In this document: positions 55,208 through 64,000 of the stretch, piece by piece | Numbering within the stretch: position 1 is the stretch's first letter | How the letters are laid out: every line of letters begins with the position of its first letter | DNA from: Chitinophagales bacterium | Lineage (GTDB): Bacteria; Bacteroidota; Bacteroidia; Chitinophagales; JADJOU01 | Reading direction: 5' to 3' | Assembly (NCBI GenBank): GCA_030832185.1 | Contig: JAURJQ010000018.1 | Location: 14,027-78,026 of the forward strand | Length of the DNA stretch: 64,000 nucleotides | Notes under the pieces: model-generated | Database searches by the model: none | The model's input: the letters and a program-made list of their open reading frames with translations, nothing else | Told to the model about the DNA's origin: nothing | Position numbers and translations under genes: made by a program

Positions 55208-55224
55208 TAATAGTAATGCTATTA
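55208..55224. promoter_or_regulatory. Candidate TetR operator TAATAGT-AAT-GCTATTA
   Basis: Near-perfect inverted repeat between the divergent tetR and ABC genes. Confidence 0.5.
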
Positions 55225-55246
55225 TTGTAAATATAAATATAAGATT

Positions 55247-56920
55247 ATAAGCACAATACAAACTTGGTCTCGGGTATTAAATTTAGCCCGGGATTATAAA
55301 AAGGAAATTTCGGCCATTTATTCATTCGCCATACTGAGTGGCTTGGTTCAGCTTTCATTGCCCTTGGGTATTCAGGCTATTATTGGATTTAGTTTTGGGG
55401 CGCAGCTTGTTGTCTCTATTTATGTCTTGATTATTCTTGTCATTTTAGGAGTATTTATTGTAGGGGTTTTAAATCTAAATCTGATAAAACTCATAGAAAT
55501 ATTACAGCAGAAAATTTTTGCAAAAAGTGCCATTGAAATTACAGAGACATTGCTTAAAATAGATCTTCAGGACAACAATAAATTTTATCTACCTGAAAAG
55601 GTCAATCGCTACTTTGAAATTTTTAGTATTCAAAAAGGCTTGTCAAAGCTACTGCTCGATATACCGCTAGCCTCCATTCAGATAATTATAGGACTTATTG
55701 TCTTGGCGTTTTATGAAAGTAGTTTTATTGTATTCGGTATTTTTTTGATAGTACTTCTTTGGTTAATATTAAAATATACCTCCAACCTAGGATTATTGAC
55801 TTCGCTTAAGGAGAGCAATGATAAATATGAATTGGCCTCTTGGTTAGAGGATATTGCACGTGCGGTTCGCACCTTTAAGTTTTCACAAAACTCAGACCTA
55901 GCGGTTAGGAAATCAGATGAGTTAGCCTCCATTTATCTCCAAGATAGAAACAAACACTTCAGCGTCCTGATTGTTCAATACAAAGCTCTCATTGCATTCA
56001 AAGTCTTGATCACGGCCGCCATGCTGGGTATAGGTACTTATCTCCTCATAGAGCAGAAAATAAATATTGGAGAATTTATTGCGGCAGAAATAGTTATATT
56101 GATGGTCATTGGTGCAACAGAAAAACTAATATATCATTTAGATAGTCTTTATGATGTGGCTGCGGGTCTCTCTAAGTTAGAGAGTATAATGGAACAGCCG
56201 CTAGAACGGAATAGTCACTATGAATGGCAGCCACCAAGCCAGGGAGGAGGACCTGCGTATCAATTGTCCAATTTTAATTTTAAATTTGAGGATTCAAAGA
56301 AAGAAGTACTTAAAAATTTAACCTTATCCATACCAGCTAATGGAATAAACGTGATTGTGGGTAATGAGGGGGATGGTAAAACAACCTTTTTACATACACT
56401 AGCATCGTTATATAGGGACTATGATGGAAGCCTGCGAGTAGATGATATAGAACTTTCTAGCTATTCTGCCGCTTCCTTTAGGCAGTACTGCGGTTTTTAT
56501 TTTAGAAATCAAGAAATTATATCGGGTAGTATATTAGAGAATATCACCTTAGGTAAGAAAGGGATATCTATAGACGAGGTGATGGCGCTGATTAGGGAAT
56601 TGAAGTTCCAATCGATTATCCAAGGAAATTCGAATGGACTAGAATCCACTCTAGAGCCATTCGGATCTAGGCTTTCTACCAATATGGTTAAAAAAATTAT
56701 ATTATTGCGAGCATTAGTTCACCAGCCTAAGGTACTATTTATGGATGAACCATTTATAGGTCTGTTCGATTCAGAGAAAAAATTATTAATCTCATATTTG
56801 CAGAAGATTAAGAACCATACTACTATTTTTATTATAGCGAACGATGAAGAGGTATGGCAAATAAGTGATCGAATGATAAGTTTAACGGATGGCGAAGCCA
56901 CTATTAAGGAATTAAGATGA
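55247..56920 (+). CDS. Type I secretion-like ABC transporter (TMD+NBD) with probable non-ATG start and degenerate motifs
   Basis: In-frame extension ...KEISAIYSFAILSGLVQLSLPLGIQAII upstream of TTG 55343; Walker A GNEGDGKT, Walker B FMDEP. Confidence 0.8.
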   Translation: MSTIQTWSRVLNLARDYKKEISAIYSFAILSGLVQLSLPLGIQAIIGFSFGAQLVVSIYVLIILVILGVFIVGVLNLNLIKLIEILQQKIFAKSAIEITETLLKIDLQDNNKFYLPEKVNRYFEIFSIQKGLSKLLLDIPLASIQIIIGLIVLAFYESSFIVFGIFLIVLLWLILKYTSNLGLLTSLKESNDKYELASWLEDIARAVRTFKFSQNSDLAVRKSDELASIYLQDRNKHFSVLIVQYKALIAFKVLITAAMLGIGTYLLIEQKINIGEFIAAEIVILMVIGATEKLIYHLDSLYDVAAGLSKLESIMEQPLERNSHYEWQPPSQGGGPAYQLSNFNFKFEDSKKEVLKNLTLSIPANGINVIVGNEGDGKTTFLHTLASLYRDYDGSLRVDDIELSSYSAASFRQYCGFYFRNQEIISGSILENITLGKKGISIDEVMALIRELKFQSIIQGNSNGLESTLEPFGSRLSTNMVKKIILLRALVHQPKVLFMDEPFIGLFDSEKKLLISYLQKIKNHTTIFIIANDEEVWQISDRMISLTDGEATIKELR

Positions 56921-58230
56921 ACGAGTATAATTTAAAATCTCCGAGCGAAATATACAGTGAGAAACGAGTCATACGATTTAGCAATTGGCTAAAAGGACTC
57001 ATTTTATTTTTTATTCTATTTTTATTTCTTCCATGGACGCAGAATATTCAAAGCAATGGACTCGTCACAACGAGAATGCAAGAAAATAGGCCTCAAGATA
57101 TTCAAACTCAAATAGCGGGCAGAATAGCCAAGTGGTATGTAAAAGAGGGTGACATGGTGCGTAAAGGGGATACAATCTTATTTTTATCTGAGGTCAAGGA
57201 TGACTACCTAGACCCGCTGCTCGTAGAGCGGACGAGAGAGCAGGCCATCGCAAAGCGAAATAGTATAGATTATTACAAAGGTAAAGCAGCCACTACTCAG
57301 ATGCAGATACAAGCAATAGAGAAGGGAAGAGAATTGAAAATTCAGCAATTGAAAAATTATCTCAATCAATTGCGAAGTAAGCTAAAAGCTGAGCAAGCCG
57401 AGCTAGTAGCAGCCAACAACGATTATACGTTCGCCCTAGACCAAAGAGATAGGCAGCGTAAAATGTTTCAGGAAGGATTGGTATCTCAAACTCAATTGCA
57501 GCAGAGAGAGTTAGCTTATCAAAATTCAACTGCCAAAAAAACAGTCATCGAAAATAAAATAGCACAAACCAAGCAGGAGATCGAAAATAACCAAGTGGAG
57601 CAAAATAGTGCCATACAAGAGTATATGGAAAAAATGCAAAAGGCAGAAGGGGAGCGATTATCTTCATTGAGCGATGCGAATGCCTCTCTAGCAGATGCCG
57701 CCAAGCTAGATAATCAGGCAACGAATTACCAAATGCGAAACAAAATGTATGTCATCACGGCACCACAAGATGGTCAAGTAGTTCAGGTAAAAAAATCGGG
57801 TATTGGAGAGATTATAAAAGACGGCGAAAGTATTGGGACAGTTGTTCCTGCAGGGCTTAGCAATTTCGCTGTAGAAGTATTTGTGCGTCCTGTGGATCTA
57901 CCTTTGATAGATAGAGGTCAGAAAGTACGGCTCATATTTGATGGATTTCCTACGATTGTATTTACTGGTTGGCCCGAGGGAAGCTATGGTACATTTGGCG
58001 GAGAAATTGTAGCCTTTGAAAATACAATTAGCGAGAATGGTATGTTTAGAGTGCTGGTAACACCAGATAGAGACGATAAACCATGGCCTCGACAGATAAA
58101 AGTAGGTTCTGGAGCTAAGAGCATCGTTCTTTTGAAAAATGTATCTATTTGGTACGAACTATGGCGAAATATAAATGGCTTCCCACCTGATTATTATAAA
58201 GTAAATTCTAATGTGAAATCAAAAAAGTGA
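56917..58230 (+). CDS. HlyD-family membrane fusion protein
   Basis: FLPWTQNI, GRIAKWYVKEGDMVRKGD, long coiled coil, FDGFPTIVFTGWP..SYGTFGG, IWYELWRNINGFPPDYY. Confidence 0.9.
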   Translation: MNEYNLKSPSEIYSEKRVIRFSNWLKGLILFFILFLFLPWTQNIQSNGLVTTRMQENRPQDIQTQIAGRIAKWYVKEGDMVRKGDTILFLSEVKDDYLDPLLVERTREQAIAKRNSIDYYKGKAATTQMQIQAIEKGRELKIQQLKNYLNQLRSKLKAEQAELVAANNDYTFALDQRDRQRKMFQEGLVSQTQLQQRELAYQNSTAKKTVIENKIAQTKQEIENNQVEQNSAIQEYMEKMQKAEGERLSSLSDANASLADAAKLDNQATNYQMRNKMYVITAPQDGQVVQVKKSGIGEIIKDGESIGTVVPAGLSNFAVEVFVRPVDLPLIDRGQKVRLIFDGFPTIVFTGWPEGSYGTFGGEIVAFENTISENGMFRVLVTPDRDDKPWPRQIKVGSGAKSIVLLKNVSIWYELWRNINGFPPDYYKVNSNVKSKK

Positions 58231-58309
58231 AATGAAAATAAAAATTATCGAGCTAATTTATACACAAAGCGATGATAATTTTTATGTGAATTGCATGTGA
58301 TAATTAATA

Positions 58310-59749
58310 ATGAATAAAAAACCCTTGAAAAATAAACTATTCATTTTTATAGTTTCTATATCATTACTTTCTGATAGGCCGTTATTAGGTCAGACAGATA
58401 CTAAACTTACTAATGAATTAAGACCTGAGCAGGTGGTTTCTATTTTAAAGAAGTATCACCCAGTGCTTCGTCAAGCAGCGATTAAGGTTGAAGTAGCTGA
58501 AAATAATATTCTGAATCAACGAGGTTCTTTTGATCCCAGACTCTCTGGTGGCCAGGGAGCCAAAGCTCTCAAAAACGAATCCTATTACGAATATACAGAG
58601 CTGGGTGTAGAAATACCTACTTGGTTTGGTATAGATTTTGAAGGAGGATTTGTAAATCAGGGAGGACAGCGTCTAGATAATTCGCTCACTCAAGGCGATG
58701 TTTCTTATTTAGGAGTGACGGTCCCACTTCTTAAAAATTTGATTTATGATAAGCGCAGAGGTTATCTGGAACAAGCAAAAATTATGTCGAGAATGACGCA
58801 ACACGAGCAGGCAAATATCGTGAACAACATCCTTCTTGATGCTATGAAGGCATATTGGGACTGGGTCAAGGCTTATGAGTCTTATCGGATTCTAGATGAA
58901 TTAGTGAAAAATAATCTAGCACGAAATGAATTCGTAACCAAGAGTATCGTCTATGGAGAGCGACCGGCCATTGATTCTATAGAAGTCAAAACACAATTAT
59001 TGAGTTTCCAGATAGAGAAAGAAAAACGCTGGACAGAGTTTCTAAACGCTGGCAATGAACTCTCCGTATTCTTATGGCTGGAGAGCGGAACTCCCTATCA
59101 GATTCCAGCCAATGTCAGGCCTTCTGAAAATTGGGATATAAAGTATAGATCCTACAAGCCTAATCTCATCTACGAATCTATATTGGAGCAAGGTCTGAGT
59201 AGTCATCCAGAGATCAAAATGTATCAGGAACAAGTCAGCTACTATAGAGTGGATAGAAAAATTTATTTCCAAGATCTACTTCCTAAGTTAGATTTTAATT
59301 ATAAATTTCTTAATAATGCGGCCCCGCAGAATTTTCAAATAAATGACACCCGGCTTTTCTCAAATAACTATCAATATAGTCTCAAGCTCGATGTACCACT
59401 TCGTCTATCAGAAGGTCGTTCAAACGTGAGAAATGCCAAGCTTAAACTCAATTATGGAGAACTAGCCCTGCAACAAAAACAGCAAGATATCGCTATAAAA
59501 ATAAAAAATTATTTCAACAACTATCTAAACTATGAAAAACTAAGCGAACTCCAATATGAGAATTTTGAAAACTATCGCACCATGGTTCGAGCGGAAGAGA
59601 CCAAATTTAGAAATGGAGAGAGCAATCTATTTACCATCAACGCGCGAGAAGTAAAGGCGCTAGAAGCTCAGGAAAAGTTGATAGACCTTAAAACGAGCTA
59701 CCTCAAATCCATTTACGAGGTAAGATGGAGCGCTGGGTTGCTGAGGTGA
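58310..59749 (+). CDS. TolC-family outer membrane protein
   Basis: HPVLRQA, RGSFDP, LLPKLDFNY, EETKFRNGESNLFTINARE. Confidence 0.88.
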   Translation: MNKKPLKNKLFIFIVSISLLSDRPLLGQTDTKLTNELRPEQVVSILKKYHPVLRQAAIKVEVAENNILNQRGSFDPRLSGGQGAKALKNESYYEYTELGVEIPTWFGIDFEGGFVNQGGQRLDNSLTQGDVSYLGVTVPLLKNLIYDKRRGYLEQAKIMSRMTQHEQANIVNNILLDAMKAYWDWVKAYESYRILDELVKNNLARNEFVTKSIVYGERPAIDSIEVKTQLLSFQIEKEKRWTEFLNAGNELSVFLWLESGTPYQIPANVRPSENWDIKYRSYKPNLIYESILEQGLSSHPEIKMYQEQVSYYRVDRKIYFQDLLPKLDFNYKFLNNAAPQNFQINDTRLFSNNYQYSLKLDVPLRLSEGRSNVRNAKLKLNYGELALQQKQQDIAIKIKNYFNNYLNYEKLSELQYENFENYRTMVRAEETKFRNGESNLFTINAREVKALEAQEKLIDLKTSYLKSIYEVRWSAGLLR

Positions 59750-59893
59750 TTTTTTTAAATTAGCGTATCGCCAATTTACTAGGGTTGTGAATTCCACTTT
59801 AACTTGTAAAACTCTCATACACTCCCTACTTGCGAGAATTTCGTCTTAATTATGGTAGATATAATATTTTTAATCTAAGTCCGTACTTTGGTT

Positions 59894-59901
59894 TAAATTT
59901 G
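59894..59901 (+). promoter_or_regulatory. -7 element TAAATTTG for the GH20 gene
   Basis: TAnnTTTG match overlapping the ORF-track GTG, which supports ATG 59925. Confidence 0.55.
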
Positions 59902-59924
59902 TGTTTAGCAATTTGAAAGTTATT

Positions 59925-61706
59925 ATGATTAGAAGAAATACTTACTGTTTAATCCTCACCTTTTTTTTATTCACTCATAGCTATTCCCAGCAATACGGTC
60001 TCGTGCCTAAGCCTCTTTTTTCAAGGGTTTCAGGAGAAAAATTTAGTATCAAGGGATTGCAAATAGTGGGCTATTGTCCTGATAGTTTTTTTAATATTAA
60101 CTATGTCAAGAAGTTTTTAAATTCTAATGATGCAGGTAGGAGTTACGCGCGTATAGATTTGGAAATAGATACGACAGAATATTCAAGAGATAACTATAGA
60201 ATGCGTATGTCTAAAAATGACATTACCATTCAAGCAGGAACAGTTGGCGCTTATTACGCATTGCAGACATTAAAAAAATTAGATGAAAATGGCACCTTGG
60301 CTGAAGGGGAAATCATAGATGGTACAAGGGCTAAATACAGAGGTATGCACCTCGATGTATGTCGACATTTTTTCACTATAGATGAGATAAAAAAATATCT
60401 CGACATGATGGCAAGATATAAGTTTAATTATTTCCATTGGCATTTGTCCGAAGATCAGGGTTGGCGAATAGAGATAAAAAAATATCCCAAGTTAGCGGAG
60501 GTAGGTAGCTATCGAAGTGGCACTATTGTCGGCAGACAAACAAATCCTGAAGGCACGGGAAATTATGACAGTATACCAGTAGCTGGTTTTTATACGCAAG
60601 ATCAAATCAAAGAAGTCGTGGCCTATGCGAAGGAACGATTTATAACGGTAGTGCCTGAAATCGATATCCCTGGTCACACGCTAGCAGCTATCGCAGCCTA
60701 CCCTCATCTGAGCTGCACTGGCAAGCTTGTGGAAGTGGGCAAAAGATGGGGTGTTTATGATGAAGTGCTCTGCCCATGCCAGGAGTCTACCTATCAATTT
60801 GTGGAGGATATACTGAGTGAAGTCATCCAATTATTTCCATCTAAATACATCCATATAGGAGGAGACGAAGTGGTGAAGAAAACCTGGGAAAATTCTGCAA
60901 TATGTCGCAGTTTTATGAAAGAAAATAAGCTTCATGCAATGGACGAACTTCAGAGCTATTTTATCACTAGAGTAGAAAAGTTCGTGAATAGTAAAGGACG
61001 GCAAATCATAGGATGGGATGAAATACTAGAAGGCGGTCTAGCACCAAATGCTGTTGTGATGAGCTGGAGAGGAGAGTCCGGCGGCATAGCAGCAGCAAAA
61101 GCGAAACATGATGCCATAATGACACCTGGGAAACCGTTGTATTTCGATCACGGATATAGTAAATCCAAAGAGGAGCCTGTTAATATTGGTGGTAAGAATA
61201 CATTAGAAGATATTTTTTATTACAAGTACAGTCCATTTAGTATTTATGATACAAATTTCAGATATATACTAGGCGCACAGGGCAATGTTTGGACTGAGTA
61301 CATGAAGGATTGGAAGAAGGTTGAGTACATGGTCTATCCTCGAATGCAGGCTTTGAGTGAAATTTTTTTCATGCCCGATGATTTGAGAAATATATATGAT
61401 TTTTATGATAGACTTGGTCTAGAGTTAGATTGGATGGATAAGCAAGGAATCAATTATAGAATACCGGAGCCAATAGGATATAAGGACACAATTCTTGTCA
61501 ATGAAAAAAGCGAAATCAATCTATGGCCAGTTTGCAAAAAGCACAAGGTCTCGGCATGGTTAGATGGTCTTCCTTATGAACTTAAAAATAATCTAGCTAT
61601 ACTAGAGCCTATGAAAAAACCTAGAACGCTAAAAATAATAGTGAGCAATGGACAACGGGAAAGTGTGCCATATTATATAGTTGTTCCAGCGAAAGATAAA
61701 AATTAA
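59925..61706 (+). CDS. GH20 beta-N-acetylhexosaminidase
   Basis: YRGMHLDVCRHF, HWHLSEDQGWR, PEIDIPGH, HIGGDE catalytic pair, GAQGNVWTEY. Confidence 0.94.
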   Translation: MIRRNTYCLILTFFLFTHSYSQQYGLVPKPLFSRVSGEKFSIKGLQIVGYCPDSFFNINYVKKFLNSNDAGRSYARIDLEIDTTEYSRDNYRMRMSKNDITIQAGTVGAYYALQTLKKLDENGTLAEGEIIDGTRAKYRGMHLDVCRHFFTIDEIKKYLDMMARYKFNYFHWHLSEDQGWRIEIKKYPKLAEVGSYRSGTIVGRQTNPEGTGNYDSIPVAGFYTQDQIKEVVAYAKERFITVVPEIDIPGHTLAAIAAYPHLSCTGKLVEVGKRWGVYDEVLCPCQESTYQFVEDILSEVIQLFPSKYIHIGGDEVVKKTWENSAICRSFMKENKLHAMDELQSYFITRVEKFVNSKGRQIIGWDEILEGGLAPNAVVMSWRGESGGIAAAKAKHDAIMTPGKPLYFDHGYSKSKEEPVNIGGKNTLEDIFYYKYSPFSIYDTNFRYILGAQGNVWTEYMKDWKKVEYMVYPRMQALSEIFFMPDDLRNIYDFYDRLGLELDWMDKQGINYRIPEPIGYKDTILVNEKSEINLWPVCKKHKVSAWLDGLPYELKNNLAILEPMKKPRTLKIIVSNGQRESVPYYIVVPAKDKN

Positions 61707-61768
61707 ATATAGTGAGACGATAATTCTTTAAAAAATCATTTATCACCTTTTTAATGTTTGAATTATAG

Positions 61769-61960
61769 ATGAGTTATTAACGAAGACAATCTTCAAGCAG
61801 AAGAATCGAATGCTCATGATGTCATAGCAGTCAAAGGCCGGAGATTTATCGCAATGTATTGTACTCTTGGCTTTTCAGTCTGCTTACCTACCATGCTAGG
61901 TGCAATAGGTAGAGACTTTTATCTAGTATTGTGGCACTGGTAGTTTTTTATTGCTGCTAT
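61769..61960 (+). ncRNA. Candidate structured non-coding RNA (unassigned)
   Basis: Nested hand-found helices with G-U pairs on the plus strand, between convergent genes; no family motif recognised. Confidence 0.4.
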
Positions 61961-61990
61961 CTTGTGTTTAAAAAGGAGTAGATTTTCTTC

Positions 61991-62638
61991 CTATTTAGAA
62001 CTGGTAATATTAAAAACAGTATCATCCAATTTCATCGGCTCTATCTTAGACACGGCCAAAATCCAATTCCCTAAAAGACTTTGATGATGGATAATCATTG
62101 GAAAAGCCATAGCTATAGCAGTCATTTCGGAAAGGTAATTGTACTTATGATTTCTCCAAAAAGTGGAATTGGTTTTTAATGCTAATGGGGAATAGAAAAA
62201 AGTTTTAGTATCCCATTTTGTATGAATTTCTTGTGCCGTGAGTTCATAGCCAAGGAGTTTTTTAGTCAAATTAGATTTTACTATTTTTTCTATCTTATCT
62301 TCTACTATCGATGCTGGAGTATAGTATACGGAGTCTTGAATTCGTTTCGATACAATGGCCAATTGTTGATTTTTTGGATTATAATATTCTATTCTATTTT
62401 CGTATTCCCATCTATATTGATTAGCTTTAACGTATAGCGTGACTATCGATTTGCCTGCATTAGGCATGTCTCGAAAAAATTCTTCATCAGAAATTAGTTC
62501 TTTATTGGGACTTAGAATTTGATGTATATAGGTCACCTTTCCTTCGAAGATTCCCGCTGTGGTAGTGCTATCTTGAGAATATCCATTCACTAGTGCGAAA
62601 GTGCAAAAAATAAAACTGATTATTTTACTATGATTCAT
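61991..62638 (-). CDS. Secreted hypothetical protein (GLPGLI/DUF4412-like)
   Basis: Signal peptide, FEGKVTY, TKKLLGYE pattern; tentative. Confidence 0.55.
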   Translation of the reverse strand: MNHSKIISFIFCTFALVNGYSQDSTTTAGIFEGKVTYIHQILSPNKELISDEEFFRDMPNAGKSIVTLYVKANQYRWEYENRIEYYNPKNQQLAIVSKRIQDSVYYTPASIVEDKIEKIVKSNLTKKLLGYELTAQEIHTKWDTKTFFYSPLALKTNSTFWRNHKYNYLSEMTAIAMAFPMIIHHQSLLGNWILAVSKIEPMKLDDTVFNITSSK

Positions 62639-62674
62639 ATTTCTTTGATAATAATTACTAGTATTAGTTTAGTT

Positions 62675-63808
62675 CTATTCACTTCCTATCTGTAGTTGAT
62701 AGATACCATAGGTTTTATATTTCTGGCCATTAACTACCTGTACACCTTTATTCATACCTTCATTGGATTCTAAAATCCAACTGGCTTCGGCATGTTTTAT
62801 ATTTAAATCAAAGCCATTTTTTATGATTTCATAATATAGAACCGCATCTAGGCCTTTTCCTCTATATTCCGGCAGAATGCCTAGGAGTAGCACTCTTAGC
62901 CAATCCATTTTTCCTTTATTAAATATGAGTTTAAGAAAGTTTAATGGAAAAAGATTTCCATTAAAGTCTTTGGTGATTTGATTGATATCGCGCATAGCAA
63001 GTGCGAAGGCAATGACCTCTCCGTGTTCATTGACTATCATGGGAGCTAGACTTGGATCTAGTATGAGTTTGAGTTCATTGGCCATAAGTTCTAGCTCTGG
63101 ATCACTCATGGGTACAAAACCCCAGTTGTTTTCCCAGGCTTTGTTATATATTTTTTTGATATGTTCTATTTCTAGATTTAATTTTTTAGGATCAATAAAT
63201 CTAAGCGTGCATTTGGAGCGCATGAGAGCTACATCCTTGACACGAAGAAATTTTTCATTTTTCAATACATCCTCTTCTTCAAATTTATAAGCAAGCATTT
63301 TCATCTCCAAGTTCATACCAAATCCTTCCAATAATTTGATGTAGTATGGTGGATTGTATGTCATCATAATCTTAGGAGGATCATCGAATCCTTCTATCAA
63401 AAGTCCTGATTCATAATTGGTCGATGGATTGACAGGGCCATGAAGAAAACTATTGCCTGCTTGAAGGTGATATTCTTTTACTTTTTCTAGTAATGCATTG
63501 GCTACTTCTTGATCGTCTATGCATTCAAAAAAGCCAAAGAATCCAATTTTGCTCGCGTGAAATTCATTGTATTTATAATTATCAATAGCTGCTATTCTGC
63601 CAACCGCTTGATTATTTCTATAGGCCATAAAGGCTTTGATAACTCCTATCTTATAGAAGGGATGTTTTTTTGTATTCAATCGCTGATTGACCTCCATGCG
63701 AAGAGGAGCTACCCAGTTAGGATAGTTCTGGTAGATATTATAATCAAAATTGACAAAAGTCTTTTTCTGGCTAGAATTGGTTAAATCTATTTCTTTTATT
63801 TCTATCAT
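62675..63808 (-). CDS. GNAT-fold protein of the bacterial ceramide synthase (bCerS)-like family
   Basis: GRIAAI, GFFGFFECIDD, GPVNPSTNYESGLLIEGFDDPP.IMMTYNPPYY, NWGFVPM, ASWILESN, YKTYGIY. Confidence 0.7.
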   Translation of the reverse strand: MIEIKEIDLTNSSQKKTFVNFDYNIYQNYPNWVAPLRMEVNQRLNTKKHPFYKIGVIKAFMAYRNNQAVGRIAAIDNYKYNEFHASKIGFFGFFECIDDQEVANALLEKVKEYHLQAGNSFLHGPVNPSTNYESGLLIEGFDDPPKIMMTYNPPYYIKLLEGFGMNLEMKMLAYKFEEEDVLKNEKFLRVKDVALMRSKCTLRFIDPKKLNLEIEHIKKIYNKAWENNWGFVPMSDPELELMANELKLILDPSLAPMIVNEHGEVIAFALAMRDINQITKDFNGNLFPLNFLKLIFNKGKMDWLRVLLLGILPEYRGKGLDAVLYYEIIKNGFDLNIKHAEASWILESNEGMNKGVQVVNGQKYKTYGIYQLQIGSE

Positions 63809-63828
63809 ATAGAGATGGGTTACTCTTA

Positions 63829-63836
63829 CAAATTTA
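63829..63836 (-). promoter_or_regulatory. -7 element TAAATTTG for the bCerS-like gene
   Basis: Plus-strand caaattta, 20 nt upstream of the ATG. Confidence 0.5.
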
Positions 63837-63868
63837 ATTTTTAATTATTAATTCTCAATTCTTAATTA
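63834..63868. repeat. Heptamer tandem array T(T/C)AATT(T/A/C) x5
   Basis: ttaattt-ttaatta-ttaattc-tcaattc-ttaatta. Confidence 0.7.
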
Positions 63869-63999
63869 GCAGCAGTCGGCATTAAAATACGTTTTCTAAA
63901 AATAGTCACTTTTTTAGGGCATGCTATATCTTCTCCATCTGCTTCACAATTTAGATAAGACACATTGAGTAGTTTGACTTCTTTAGCTTGAAAACTTCT
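63862..63999 (-). CDS. C-terminal fragment of a probable DAGK/YegS-family lipid kinase (runs off the window end)
   Basis: RSFQAKEVKLLNVSYLNCEADGEDIACPKKVTIFRKRILMPTAAN*; the DGE motif and beta-strand pattern match the family C-terminus. Confidence 0.55.
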   Translation of the reverse strand, partial: RSFQAKEVKLLNVSYLNCEADGEDIACPKKVTIFRKRILMPTAAN

Positions 64000-64000
64000 A

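Noticed and set aside
61853-61943. 29-aa hydrophobic ORF (MYCTLGFSV...LWHW) as a type I toxin
   Set aside because: Weak start context, lies within the predicted RNA helices, and has no supporting antitoxin evidence

Overview
Ordinary chromosomal (non-mobile) DNA from an aerobic Bacteroidota bacterium. The assignment rests on many TAnnTTTG -7 promoter elements, gldB, a stand-alone atpD-atpC pair and mevalonate-pathway genes. The window holds about 55 CDS. Housekeeping genes: sufS end, rimO, tpiA, purN, murQ, accC, atpDC, mvaD and mevalonate kinase. Redox genes: bshC plus DinB, oxyR-katG, terC. Export modules: two MacAB/FtsX-type (one with a frameshifted ATPase) and one TetR-linked ABC-HlyD-TolC. 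It also holds surface-glycan genes and a myxol/saproxanthin-type carotenoid cluster. No CRISPR array, IS element, prophage, tRNA or rRNA was seen. The most interesting unexplained signals are: (1) a QEG/KPHP-motif transferase, an SpsF-type cytidylyltransferase and a GT2-Wzx fusion appended to the tpiA operon; (2) an unexplained methyltransferase inside the crtD-cruF-crtY/crtA cluster; (3) a bacterial ceramide-synthase-like gene next to a DAGK-like lipid kinase fragment; (4) a G-U-rich rod-shaped candidate ncRNA at about 61769-61960; (5) two coupled unannotated small ORFs directly behind tolC. All family calls come from recognising motifs by eye; no database search or folding computation was run.
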